A stretch of 20,000 bases of DNA from contig MU271195.1 in NCBI GenBank assembly GCA_021432655.1, positions 170,385 to 190,384 on the forward strand. The letters run 5' to 3'. The notes under the pieces are model-generated. The model saw only the letters and a program-made list of their open reading frames with translations. It was not told where the DNA came from and did not search any database. Position numbers and translations under genes: made by a program. How positions within the stretch are numbered: position 1 is the first letter of the stretch; each line of letters starts with the position of its first letter. Shown here one piece after another: positions 1-10,570 of this stretch. The DNA is from Atractiella rhizophila (taxonomy: Eukaryota).

Positions 1-876
1 CCAGCCAACGGCGCAAATAATCCACCATCAGGACAGAACGGGCAAGCTCGACATGACAACCCTGCCACAGATCGTCGGAGGGCCTTTCGTCAAATCATAG
101 TAAAATGCGTCTTGCAGCTGCTCTTGATCGAGACTTCCCATGAACTCCTTCGAAATAATGATGTCTACTCCACCATTCCAGCGGCAGAACTACTCAAACT
201 CATGGCCGCTCTAGAAGACAGCTATCGTTTTGCTAAGCGATTCAATGCCGACAAGGAGTTACGAATGGCATTGTGGAAAGTTGGCAAGTCACCCAATAGA
301 TCAGCATGATTCAGTCTGACCAGACGTAGGCTTTATGAAGCAACTACCAAATCTCTTAAAACAAGAATCCAGTAGTGCAGCAACATTAGTCGCCGTGCTC
401 GTGCGGATGTATTCAGATGAACGAGCGGATCATGTTGCGAAAAGAAGAGAAACCGTTCACGCCTTCGTTCCGTAAGTGTTGCCTCATTATCGTTCAGTCT
501 CTCGAACTGTGACTGCCTAGACTGGGGCTCGACATCCTTTCATCATACGCTTCATTGGATCCTGAGACACAAAGCCGAAATATTGCTGCGTGGACTCCGG
601 TCGTCGCCAATGTTCTACATGGATTTTCTGCCTTAGAAGCCGACACAGTATGTCCCTTTGTTGCTCTCCTGCATGTCAGCTGTTGACATGGCAAAAAGTT
701 CGCTACTCATGTATCATCCCTATACCCGATCACAACAGACATCCTATCAAAAGACATCGCTCCGGAAGTGCGAGAGGGGTTACGGGAAGTGTTCATAAGT
801 ACGTCCAGCTACATGGCTTTTGTGACAGTCTCCTAATATCGGAGCAGAGACCGGCAAAGTCAAGGGATTATTATAG
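1..876 (+). CDS. SEC7: 3' part of a Sec7/BIG-type ARF guanine nucleotide exchange factor (starts upstream of the window)
   Basis: Manual splicing gives exons 1-283, 330-471, 521-647, 699-798 and 848-876. Translation: ...DRRRAFRQIIVKCVLQLLLIET...RFNADKELRMALWKVG/FMKQLPNLLKQESSSAATLV...RNIAAWTPVV...LYPITTDILSKDIAPEVREGLREVFIKTGKVKGLL*. This matches the conserved fungal Sec7 C-terminus. Introns are 46-51 nt. Confidence 0.9.
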
Positions 877-1103
877 TGCCAGACTCTAATTTATCACTCT
901 CAGCCTTGAAGTCATCATGTAAGGCATATATTTCAGGAATATGACGTCTGTTCGTCTATCCACGCTACAAGTAACTGTAGCTCTGTGGGATATGTAAGGC
1001 GGCTCTCGAGTCAACCTGATCTTTTTTAACAGCAACGGCGTTGCAATTCTCCGATTTAGATCCTGCATTCTGTCATATCTGAGAACAAGTCATCCTTATG
1101 AAG

Positions 1104-2336
1104 CTACATGGACAGATAATCGTTGATTTCCGCTTCCGTCAGTTTCCTAAATGTTGGTGGAGCAAGCGGTCCAACAGCTTTGCCTTGAGGTAACCCAACA
1201 ATGCCCATCTCCAGTTTCGACGCGGTTAATTCGCCCTCGAATCCCTGACAGCATATAAGTTAACCAGTTTGCACGGAAGAGCTATGTTCTACCTCTTTCA
1301 GGGTGAGCAGTGCTACATGAGCCGCATCCACCAATGAAATATCGTCATCTAGGCACAAGCCTGAGCGTGATCGTGATGGTATAGAAGTGTGGTGAGGCTC
1401 ACTGTAGCGTTTTTCCAGGAACGTCTTTGCGTTCACCATATTTTTACCGATTGCACTACAACGTTACAGCTGAGCAAGCAAAAATTGAAGGCAACGTTCC
1501 TAACCTTGCTTTCCACGCCCCTATGTAAATTTCAGACGTGCTGCAGCTGGCGAAGAGGAGGAGAACGTACAGAAGCTACCGCTGGGATCTATCTGCCAGA
1601 GCGAGGGTCCGGTAAGCTCGTCGTATCCCGCTACCAGTAAGCTAACTCCATAAGGACGAACACCCCTATGCTCCCAAGTCATCAAATAAATGAAGACGAC
1701 TGACAAGCAACGAACCCTGATTGCGTGGCATCTTGCATTGCTGTAGCGATCTCGCTGACCAGAACACGCGTCGGGGGATACTCTGCGTAAATCTTCCAAT
1801 ATGCCTGAGCAGACTTTCTAGCTTTATTGACAAGGACCCGGAAATCGGGACCCATTCCCGAATAAACCATGCCGATATTCGGGCAGACCAGTGCCACCTA
1901 TAGTTTGTCAGGCTAGAACTGCAGCAGATTCGACGTACCTTCTCAATCATTGAATCGTCCACCAATGGAGACGGTGACTTTTTCTCAGTTGCTATCACGA
2001 TGCCATCCTTAGCTAAATGCTTGATCCATCAGCGTTGTTGGGGTAGCACAGGGAACATCCAATTTCACCTTTGATGCCCAGGCTAGTAGCGCCAGCTGAA
2101 ACTGCCTGTACGCGTGTCAAAAAAGAAAGCTACAACAGATAAATGAGGTACCTGGAGGGCATGCTCAATCTGGACGAGTCTGGCAGTCAAGTCAGCATGA
2201 TCAGTCAATAATGTTGACGGACTAGTGTGCATACTTTCCGGATGGTGAGAAAGTCGTTAGAGAGAAAGAATAGCTAAAACACAGTTCATTAGCAGCACAG
2301 TTTACGAATTAGCACACACCTGCTTGTTCCTGCCAT
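1104..2336 (-). CDS. PRE8: 20S proteasome subunit alpha-2, about 11 exons
   Basis: ATG at 2336. Exons read [13 protein letters not shown] / LVQIEHAL / [12 protein letters not shown] / GIVIATEKK / [30 protein letters not shown] / [13 protein letters not shown]...QIDPSGSF / WAWKAS / [17 protein letters not shown] / ...[15 protein letters not shown], with the stop at 1104-1106. These are typical alpha-2 motifs. Confidence 0.95.
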
Positions 2337-2497
2337 GACGCTGCTGCACTGCTGTTGTCGTGGTTGTCCTCGAATTGAGCTGAATTGGGCTGCAAGACGC
2401 GTCACCTGTTTCAACTTCTACGCATTTGCTCATCGCGTCTTGCAGCATTTGATTAAGTGTCCAATCCACCAGCTAACTGTTCCATTATTTCCAACCA
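2337..2497. promoter_or_regulatory. Probable bidirectional promoter between PRE8 and RAD1, with an MCB-like ACGCGT at 2397-2402
   Basis: Only 161 bp separate the divergent start codons. Contains ACGCGT (2397-2402) and TCGCGT (2433-2438). Confidence 0.55.
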
Positions 2498-5400
2498 ATG
2501 AAGCTCTTGCCTTATCAACTGGAGATCCGCAACCTCCTCTTTCCGACCTTGCCGAGCAACGACTCACTGCTAATCCTCGCGCCAGGATTAGGGTTGAGGA
2601 AAGTCATTGTCGCGTTTCTGCAAGCCCAAGTCGAGCTCGATTCCAACAATCCTGCCGTCGAAGGTGGAAAAACTGTGATCGTGAATGCCACAGAATCAGA
2701 TATTGATGGCATTCGCGAAGAAGTTGGTTTAAGTCTGGTCGACCTGGATGGTCTTAACGGTGTGGAAGAAAGGTAGAGACCCAAATTTTTAACGGAAACC
2801 GCTGACACAAGTGGTCCAAGATATCATGCCTATCTAGAGGAGTCTTGCAAACTTATCGCTGTGACTTCTAGAGTCTTTATTACCGACCTTTTGACTTCTA
2901 AGATACCCCTGAACAAGTTAAGCGGGATTGTGCTCCTGCACGCAGAGGAGTACGAATCGGAGCTTTGAAGTCTCTGTCTCTCACTAATAACGGCTGCTGT
3001 CAGGGTGACACCTAACTCAACGGAAGCCTTTATAGCAAAATTGTATCGCGATGGCAATAAGGTGTGTCTTGAGCAAACTAAAGACACTGTCTTACGTGCA
3101 GAAAGACCGGGTTTTTGAAAGCGTTCTCGGACGCTCCGGAAGCCTTTACTCACGGAATCTCTCCACTCCAGTCTGTCCTCAGATGTATGAAACTGCGAAA
3201 GGTGTTGCTCTGGCCAAGGTGAAGGGACTTCTGCCCCACCTGTAGTTTCTCATGACCCCGCACTGGTAGGTTCCATGAACTAGTACAAACATGCCTTTCG
3301 ACGGAGCATCGGGTGGATGTTATCGAGCTGCACCAACATTTGAGCGCAAACATGGATCAGATTCAGACCGCCATCATTGAGTGCATGGATGCCACACTTG
3401 CAGAAGTTCGTAAAGCGACCGCAGATGTGAGTTAACTTTACACATTGCCATCAAATCTGAATCCTGCTCAGGTCGACCCTGAAAATCTGGACATGGAAAA
3501 CGCTCTGTTTCGTTCCTTTGACTCGATTCTGCGCAATTATTTGGACCCAGTGTGGAACAAAATCTCTCCACGAACGCGGCAGCTTATCGGAGACCTCGCA
3601 ATGTTGCGGAGATTGCTACGGTGAGGCGTCCCTTCACTTTGAACTAGGTATCACTCATGAGGGTGCAGTTACCTCCTATCTTACGATTGCGTCTCGTTTA
3701 ATACACTAATTGAGACTATTATCCAGTCGAACACGACAAATCAGTTTACGGGAAACTTGAGACAGAATCAAAGTCCATGGTTGTTCTTGCAAGCTGCGGA
3801 AACAATCATTCAAACATCCCGAAGACGAGTCTATGAGAGACGAGATCCAGTGTCCCAATCGTTGCGGAAAACTCAGCCGCGAGAGGGAACACTGTTACCA
3901 GACGAAGACGAAGAAGCCGCTTTTGAGGCATCAGTGCAAACAACAGAGGAAACAGATGCCCATGCTGACTTGGATTGGCTGCCAGAAAATGTCGAGCTGA
4001 TTCTAGAGGAACAACCAAAGTGGGATGAACTGTTCCTTCTGATACAAGAGATCGAAAGGGAAATTTTCCTAAACCAACACGGGCAGTCAGCAAGTACTCA
4101 TTCCATTTGAGTCGTCACCAAAAATGTTCATTTTTGTCATGAAAAGCTTCACGCAACACAATCCTCATCATGTGTTCCTCGGCGTCGACCTGTGCCGCCC
4201 TCCGCGAGTACATTTGCGACCGACACGATGAAGACCACAGGCAACCACAACGGTTTCACAAAATGATGCTGCGTCGTTTCAGAGAATATCTGTTAGGGAT
4301 GAAGGATTTGTCCAGTTCAAAGAAGGTCTCCGGTCAGGCGGTGGACTCGACCCAAATGGAGACATCTACGACAGATGACCATCTCAGTGCTGGACTCAAG
4401 AGAAAAGCAGAATGGAGTCGTGGCAGAGCACCAGCGAACAAGAGACGCAGAACTCGCGGAGGTTCTGTAACCGCTGCATCATCGCAGGATATGAATGGTC
4501 GCCAAGTTGCAGACGGATTTGCACTGAACACTGCGTACACGGCCCCGTCTCTATTTGGGTGGCTAAATTTTCATCAGGTTACTGGAGAAATTAAGTCTCG
4601 AGACGATGCCACAGCCCCTTACAAGTACAAGTCTTCTTGACGGGTCATCCTTGGAAGACAACTTTTGCCTCCTGGAACCGGACAACGAGGTTGTCATACA
4701 GTCCTACTCTGGGGATGATGATGACTACTTACTCGAGGAATTGCGGCCTCGCTTCATTATCATGTTTGAGCCAGATCCTGCATTCATACGCAGAGTAGAG
4801 GTAGGTGAATACGCATCTCCGCTGGTTACATTTGTTGATCTGGGACACAGGTCTTCCGTGCCAGCTATACCCATATAGCAATCCGTGTTTATTTCATGAT
4901 ATATTCGAACTCGACAGAAGAACAGGTCTATTTGAGCACGATTCGAAAAGAGAAAGATGCTTTCGAACGTCTCGTGCGAGAGAATGCGGTATTTCGATCG
5001 ACTTTCGTCCAACACAGCTTATTTATTGCTATCTAGAATATGGTCATCCCTCTGGAAGCAGAACACAGAGGCTCCCAATCTACCGAAGCAGATATCTCGC
5101 GCACAGTGAGCTCTCGCAAAGCAGGTGGCGGAATGGTGTCTGCTGTCCCACAACAGGTTTGTGCATGTCCAGCTTGTCGACGTGACTTGAACCAGCGCCA
5201 AGATCATCGTGGACCATCGCGAGTTTAGGTCTACGCTCCCATTCATGCTATACAGCTCAGGGCTCAAAGTCATACCCATGACGCTTTTAGTTGGTGACTA
5301 CGTCCTTAGCCCAACCATCTGCGTCGAACGGAAAAGCATTCCCGATCTGATACAAAGCTTGAGTTCTGGTCGGCTATACCAACAATGCGAATTGATGGTG

Positions 5401-6044
5401 GCTCAGTGAGATTGTTCTGTGTATTCCAAGTTGTGATGTGATTGACGGATGACACTCCTCCAGCTATCAAACACCTATCTTGCTAATCGAATTTTCTGAA
5501 AACAAATCTTTTAGTTTAGATGTATGTTCCTCGTCCCTATCAGACAACATCGCGCTCAGGCGGTCACAAGACATACACCAATTCTAATTCTAATCAGCCC
5601 GCGCGACCAACAGAAAGTGTTTACACTGATTTGGAGTCGCTCCAATCGAAAATTGTCCTTCTCACGATGTCGTTCCAAAAGTTGCGAATTATATGGAGCT
5701 CGTCGGCACACGAAACGACGCTTATTTTTCAAGACCTGAAACAAAGAGAAGAGGAGCCTGATGCGAAGACTGCTGTTGCCGTCGGAGAACAGCTGGAATC
5801 AGTGACGCGATTTGATCCAGGTGCCGAGAACTGGAATCAATCAGGGCAAGAAGCCCTCCTCTCACTGCCAGGTATTGATAACAAAAACTTTCGATATTTA
5901 ATGGAGAAGGCTGTCAACTTTCAGGAAGTGTGTGCCATGTCGAATGGAGGATTAGAGGATTGTATTGGGGCTGAACAAGGCCAAAAATTATGGAAGTTCC
6001 TGAACAGGTCAATTGAACAACCCCATACACATAATTCTGCCTAA
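2498..6044 (+). CDS. RAD1: XPF/ERCC4 DNA repair endonuclease (RAD1/rad16/MEI-9 family), multi-exon
   Basis: N-terminal LLILAPGLGL; GFLKAFSDAPEAF; RQNQSPWLFL; LEEQPKW; LEELRPRFIIMFEPDPAFIRRVE. ERCC4 nuclease core IIVDHREFRS...GDYVLSPTICVERKSIPDLIQSLSSGRLYQQ. C-terminal LRIIWSSS and HhH LLSLPGI. Stop at 6042-6044. Confidence 0.95.
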
Positions 6045-6629
6045 TGACATTGAAATGTATCACAGCCATTGTAACTATCACATCCAATGACAGCAGACTA
6101 ACATTTTATAGGCAAGCCTCCTTACCATAGGAAAGTGATACTTTGTTGAGCACTACCCACATCTCACATCGTTTGATATCTGATAACATCATATACTCAA
6201 TGTTTTTCAATTCAGCAGGCTCAAGATGGCTCCTCACCATTTCTCTTTTCTCCGTTCCATTCTTATACCACTCCGCTTCTTCAACCAGCCATTTTTTGCT
6301 TGATGACACACTAACAGTTATCAATACAGGTGTCTCTTCACCTTCAATGCCATTGCAGTTCTCACTCCACCTTTATCTCACTAGGTCCAATTCTCCTACC
6401 TTGATAAGTCTACAGCCTTCCTCTGTTCCCTCTTAATGTGCTGTTCTGCACTGTCTACACTCCTCCATGCAAGCTTTGTCAGATGCTCACTTGAGCTTCT
6501 AGGAGCATTAGATGGAAATATTAAATATTGGATATATTTTTATTCCTACTCATATTGTAAAATATAATATGTGATCATATTTTATTATGTAGATGTCAGG
6601 GCTGACACACTATAAGGCCCTTGATCTTC

Positions 6630-6860
6630 TTAGACACAGGTACTAGAAATCCCAGTTTTAGCATTGTTAAAGTAACCCATAGGGGACATCTGCATATATG
6701 GGATGCCAAACTATGGCTTTCCTCATTCTTTCAACTTCAGACATACCAGAAGAGCAACTTCAAACATACCGGTAGAGCAACTTCGGACATACCAGTAGAG
6801 GATAAGGCTCCTTGATCTGAGGAATTAAATTGCCAAGTCTCCACCATCACATGATCATCG
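6630..6860 (-). pseudogene. Heavily decayed copia integrase fragments in reverse orientation
   Basis: The minus strand resembles HSLASH..RC..GY...WDF..PVSKK (about 6630-6725) and the W-RLGHLN pre-integrase motif (about 6820-6850) seen in the other copia copies. Confidence 0.5.
6732..6800. repeat. 23-bp tandem repeat, 3 copies
   Basis: CAACTTCAGACATACCAGAAGAG / CAACTTCAAACATACCGGTAGAG / CAACTTCGGACATACCAGTAGAG. Confidence 0.9.
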
Positions 6861-7813
6861 CAATAGACCATTATATCCCTTTCTCTATCACATCAGTGGA
6901 CCTTAGGACTCAACCACACGCTCTAGGAAGATGTTTCAGATGGAAATGGCTCCTAGTGGGTTGGAATTTGCTGGATTGAACAGTCTTGCTGCAGCAAATG
7001 ATGCCACTATGGCTCAAGCAAGCCCTTGAGTGGATGGCAGACACTGGTGCAACTTCCTACATGTCTCCCCATTGTCACTGTTCAGAACCTACCAGAAGAA
7101 GGTTATTCCTATCAGGGTAGCAAGTGGAGAAGTTGATTTGGAGTGCTATTGGGAGCTTGATCTTTGAAGCCAAGCTGGGGGAGAAGAAGACCATCACTAT
7201 CACCATTTCAGATGTCCTGCATGTCCCCAAGCTCTATGACAACCTCCTATCAGTCTTCAAGCTCACCATCTACAAGGAAATGAGGGTCTCCATCAGGCAC
7301 AACAAGTTTCTCTTCTTGCAGGATCAAAAACTCTCCCTCACTGCCTGTAGACTACAAGAACGGAAGCATGGCTGGAATACTCAATGGGAACACCCTCCCT
7401 GCTCCAGAATTCGCTGGAAATACTTCTACACTGCCCATGGATGCTTCTCTATGGCATAGGAGACTTGGACACCTGAATTATGAGGACATTGAGCGTCTGA
7501 AGAGGAAGGCACTTGTGAATGGGATGATTTTTGACCTGGAGGATGACCCTATTTGCGAGCCATGCCTAGCTGGGAAGCAGCATAGGGTCTTCAACAAGTC
7601 AGCAGAGACTAGGGAGAAGGAAGTATTGGGTAGGATTAGCTCATATCTGCATGGACTTCTTCCAGTCACATCCAGAGAAGGATATCATTATTGGGTCAGC
7701 TTCATTGACGAAGCACAAATCATTGCACAATTGTCTTCCTCAAGAAGAAATCAGAGGCCCCAGAACTCTTCAAGACCTTCAAGAATTGGGTAGAGAATTT
7801 CACTGGGAAGAAG

Positions 7814-7892
7814 TGCTGGATTTAGCCAATTGCACTAAAATGACCAGTCATCCCAACATTGCAGATTAACCCTTTATACCCAAGGTTCAACA
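7814..7892. mobile_element. 79-bp solo LTR-like insertion (family E), TSD AGAAG
   Basis: TGCTGG...TTCAACA flanked by AGAAG at 7809-7813 and 7893-7897. Removing it restores TGKKIKKFRED, as in element 3. Confidence 0.85.
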
Positions 7893-8353
7893 AGAAGATC
7901 AAGAAGTTTAGAGAGGACAAGGAAGGCGCTTATTCCTCCAAGGAATTTGATCAATATCTTAAGGCCTGTGGTATCCAGCGCGAACAGACGAGCAAGAACT
8001 CTCCTCACCAGAATAGCAGGGCAGAACAAAGCAATAGGACGATTCAGGAGACTATGGTTGCCATGTTTGAAGAATCTGGGCTTCCGCTCTTTCTCTGGCC
8101 ATCTGTCGCTTCAGCGGTTGTCCACATTCGCAACAGACAGCTTCAAGCTTCAATCAACCATGCTATTCCCCACACAAAACTCACTGGACTTACTCCAACC
8201 ATCTCCAGATTCAGAATCATTGGATGCACTGCCTATGTTCAAGATCCTAAGCTCCTTCTGAACTTGTACTCGAAAATGCGCATTTCTAGGCTATTCCCTT
8301 GCAGCGAAAGGGTGGGAGTTCTGGGATCCCATTAGAAAGAAGGTCTACGTTCG

Positions 8354-8944
8354 TGTTAGGGCTGACACTATGTGCGGTCACCGACGGGCGATGCGTCTGT
8401 AGTGGAGATAAACCTAAGTGCATAATATGACATGAAGACTAACCTGTAGTGGAGATAAACCTAAGAGAATACTCTAAGGTCACCTCCACTACTCTCTGAT
8501 CTATATATACAAGCGGAATAACACTGCCACAGAGCGTAGGGGAGAGCAGATGAAACATATAAGAGAACTAAAGGAGAAGTTGAGAGAATCTGATGCTGGA
8601 TGGAGCTAGGGGACAGAGATTGGTGGTCAAAGATGATGATATTGATAGGGAAACACATACCTAGGGGACAGAGATTGGTGGTCAAAGATGATGACCGCCT
8701 AACCTGCCCCCTAGGGGGCTAAAACTCCGAAATGAAGCAAACACAACAAAGGTGGCTGACCACACAACACAAGACCACAAAATATAACACCTAATCCAAC
8801 AGAAGTGACAGTGGGATTACATGGAGTTAATAAGAGGAGGATAGGCACAATTGGGCTAAGTGGTAATGTAGGTGCAAATGGGCGAACGGGTGCCAATTCG
8901 CAGGGAACGCAAATGGGCAATTTGCGTAAGATGCAAACCTGACA
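8354..8944 (-). mobile_element. Solo LTR family B (about 365 bp net), TSD GTTCG, itself interrupted by a family A solo LTR
   Basis: Termini TGTTAGG...CCTGACA; GTTCG at 8349-8353 and 8945-8949. Removing it restores KKVYVRDVARFDERE. TATA-like TATATATA at 8502-8509. Orientation is inferred from the TATA-like box and the intron-like segment. Confidence 0.9.
8581..8801 (-). mobile_element. Solo LTR family A (221 bp), TSD GAAGT, nested in the family B LTR
   Basis: Reverse-complement homolog of the LTR at 11951-12117. GAAGT at 8576-8580 and 8802-8806. Confidence 0.93.
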
Positions 8945-10361
8945 GTTCGAGATGTTGCCAGATTTGATGAGAGAGAGATGCTCTGCAAGGTGAGAAAGGA
9001 GAAAATTATGTTGGAAGAGCCACAGGGACAACTTGATGAGTGGAAGCAGCATCAGGATCAGGTGGGAGATGGACAGAACAATGCTCCAGCCGCTCCTCCA
9101 GTCAGGATTTCGCTAGACAACGACGAGGAAGATGAAGATGCATGGATTCAACAGCCAGGAGGAGCACCGCCTACACCTCAGGAACAACACAGACCACTTG
9201 GAATACAGTCTCCAAATCGATTTCAGCCCCTGCAGGTCGTCAAAGAAGAAGAAAGAGAGGCGTCTCCAGACCCACTACAGCTTGTGCCTGAACGCTTTAG
9301 GACACCACCTCGTCAGTACACCATGCAGAGAGATCCTTGGACAGGAGTTCACATGCCTACATTCTCAGAGTCTCCAGATCCACTCCAGATCATCCCAACA
9401 ATGCCAGATCGACCTCCTCCAGCAGCTACAACACCTCCTCCTGTCACCAGGTCTTCAAGAATTTATTCTACAAGTAGAGGACGTCCTGTCGACAGATTTA
9501 GGACCCTAGAAGCGCCTCAAAACAACGACAAAGGGTCAACAGACGAGCTTGGGATGTTGGTATAGGAATGTGACATCCTCACTGAGCCAGAGGCGATGGA
9601 ATATGGCTATATGCTTGTCACAGAACATGCCATGAGTGCAGCAACAGGAGTAGAGGTCCCTCAGTCATATTCAAGAGCGATGGCAAGCCCAAATGCGAAG
9701 GAATGGCATGAAGCGACAGTGAAGGAGATTCAATCTCACTTGGACAACAAGAGTTGGATTCTGGTCAAACCGCCTAAAGGAGCAAAAATCGTTGGTTCTC
9801 GATGGGTGTTTGCGGTTAAGAAGAAGTCGGATGGTTCTATCGAGCGCTTCAAGGCCAGATTCGTCATCAAGGGGTTCTCTCAACGCTCTGGATTCAACTA
9901 CTTTGATACTTTTGCATCAACGGTCAAATGGGCGACACTTAGGACGATTCTTTCGCTCGCTTGTGTCTTGGACATGGAGCTGGAGTCAGTGGATATCTCT
10001 ACGGCATTAACGGCGATATGGATGCAGAGGTCTATGCACAACAACCAGAAGGTCATCCACAGGGTCCTCCAGAGTACGTTCTCAAGGTAATCAAGGCCAT
10101 CTATGGCACAAGGTAAGGAGGACGTCAATGGCAGAAGAAACTCGATAAGGAACTCGTTGATATGGGATTTAAGAAGATCAAGAGCGACTCTAGTCTGTGG
10201 ATTTACTCGAAGGCGGACATCAAAGTACTTGTCCCGGTCTTTGTGGATGATATTACGATCGCTAGCACATCAAAGGGTGCTGTAGAGGACTTCAAGAGGG
10301 AGTTAGGAAAGCGATTCAAACTCAGAGACCTTGGACCAACGGAATTCCTACTTGGGGTTCG

Positions 10362-10570
10362 TGAGAGAATCTGATGCTGGATGGAGCTAGGGGACAGTGA
10401 TTGGTGGTCAAAGATGATGACATTGATAGGGAAACACATACCTAGGGGACAGTGATTGGTGGTCAAAGATGATGACCGCCTAAACTGCCCCCTAGGGGGC
10501 TAAAACTCCGAAGTGAAGCAAACAAAACAGAGGTGGCTGACCACACAAACATATAACACCTAATCCAACA
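10362..10570 (-). mobile_element. Solo LTR family A (209 bp), TSD GTTCG, inserted in the RT of element 1
   Basis: GTTCG at 10357-10361 and 10571-10575. The empty site CTTGGGGTTCGTATTAGG is present in element 3 (about 17723-17740, minus strand). Confidence 0.95.

Noticed and set aside
4090..4146. Second GC donor (GCAAGT) in RAD1
   Set aside because: It is out of phase with the acceptor at 4146; the GT at 4094 keeps the frame.
6106..6436. Short ORFs downstream of RAD1
   Set aside because: No recognisable motif; probably decayed repeat sequence.
6594..6608. TGTCAGGGCTGACAC resembles the family B LTR terminus
   Set aside because: Only a 15-nt match, with no second end or TSD found.
6732..6800. 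Possible CRISPR-like array
   Set aside because: Units are directly adjacent with no spacers and the context is eukaryotic; it is a simple minisatellite.
9563..9565. TAG between IN and RT shared by two copies, as a functional recoding site
   Set aside because: It lies in a near-identical tract that also shares clear frameshift lesions, so the sharing is not independent evidence.
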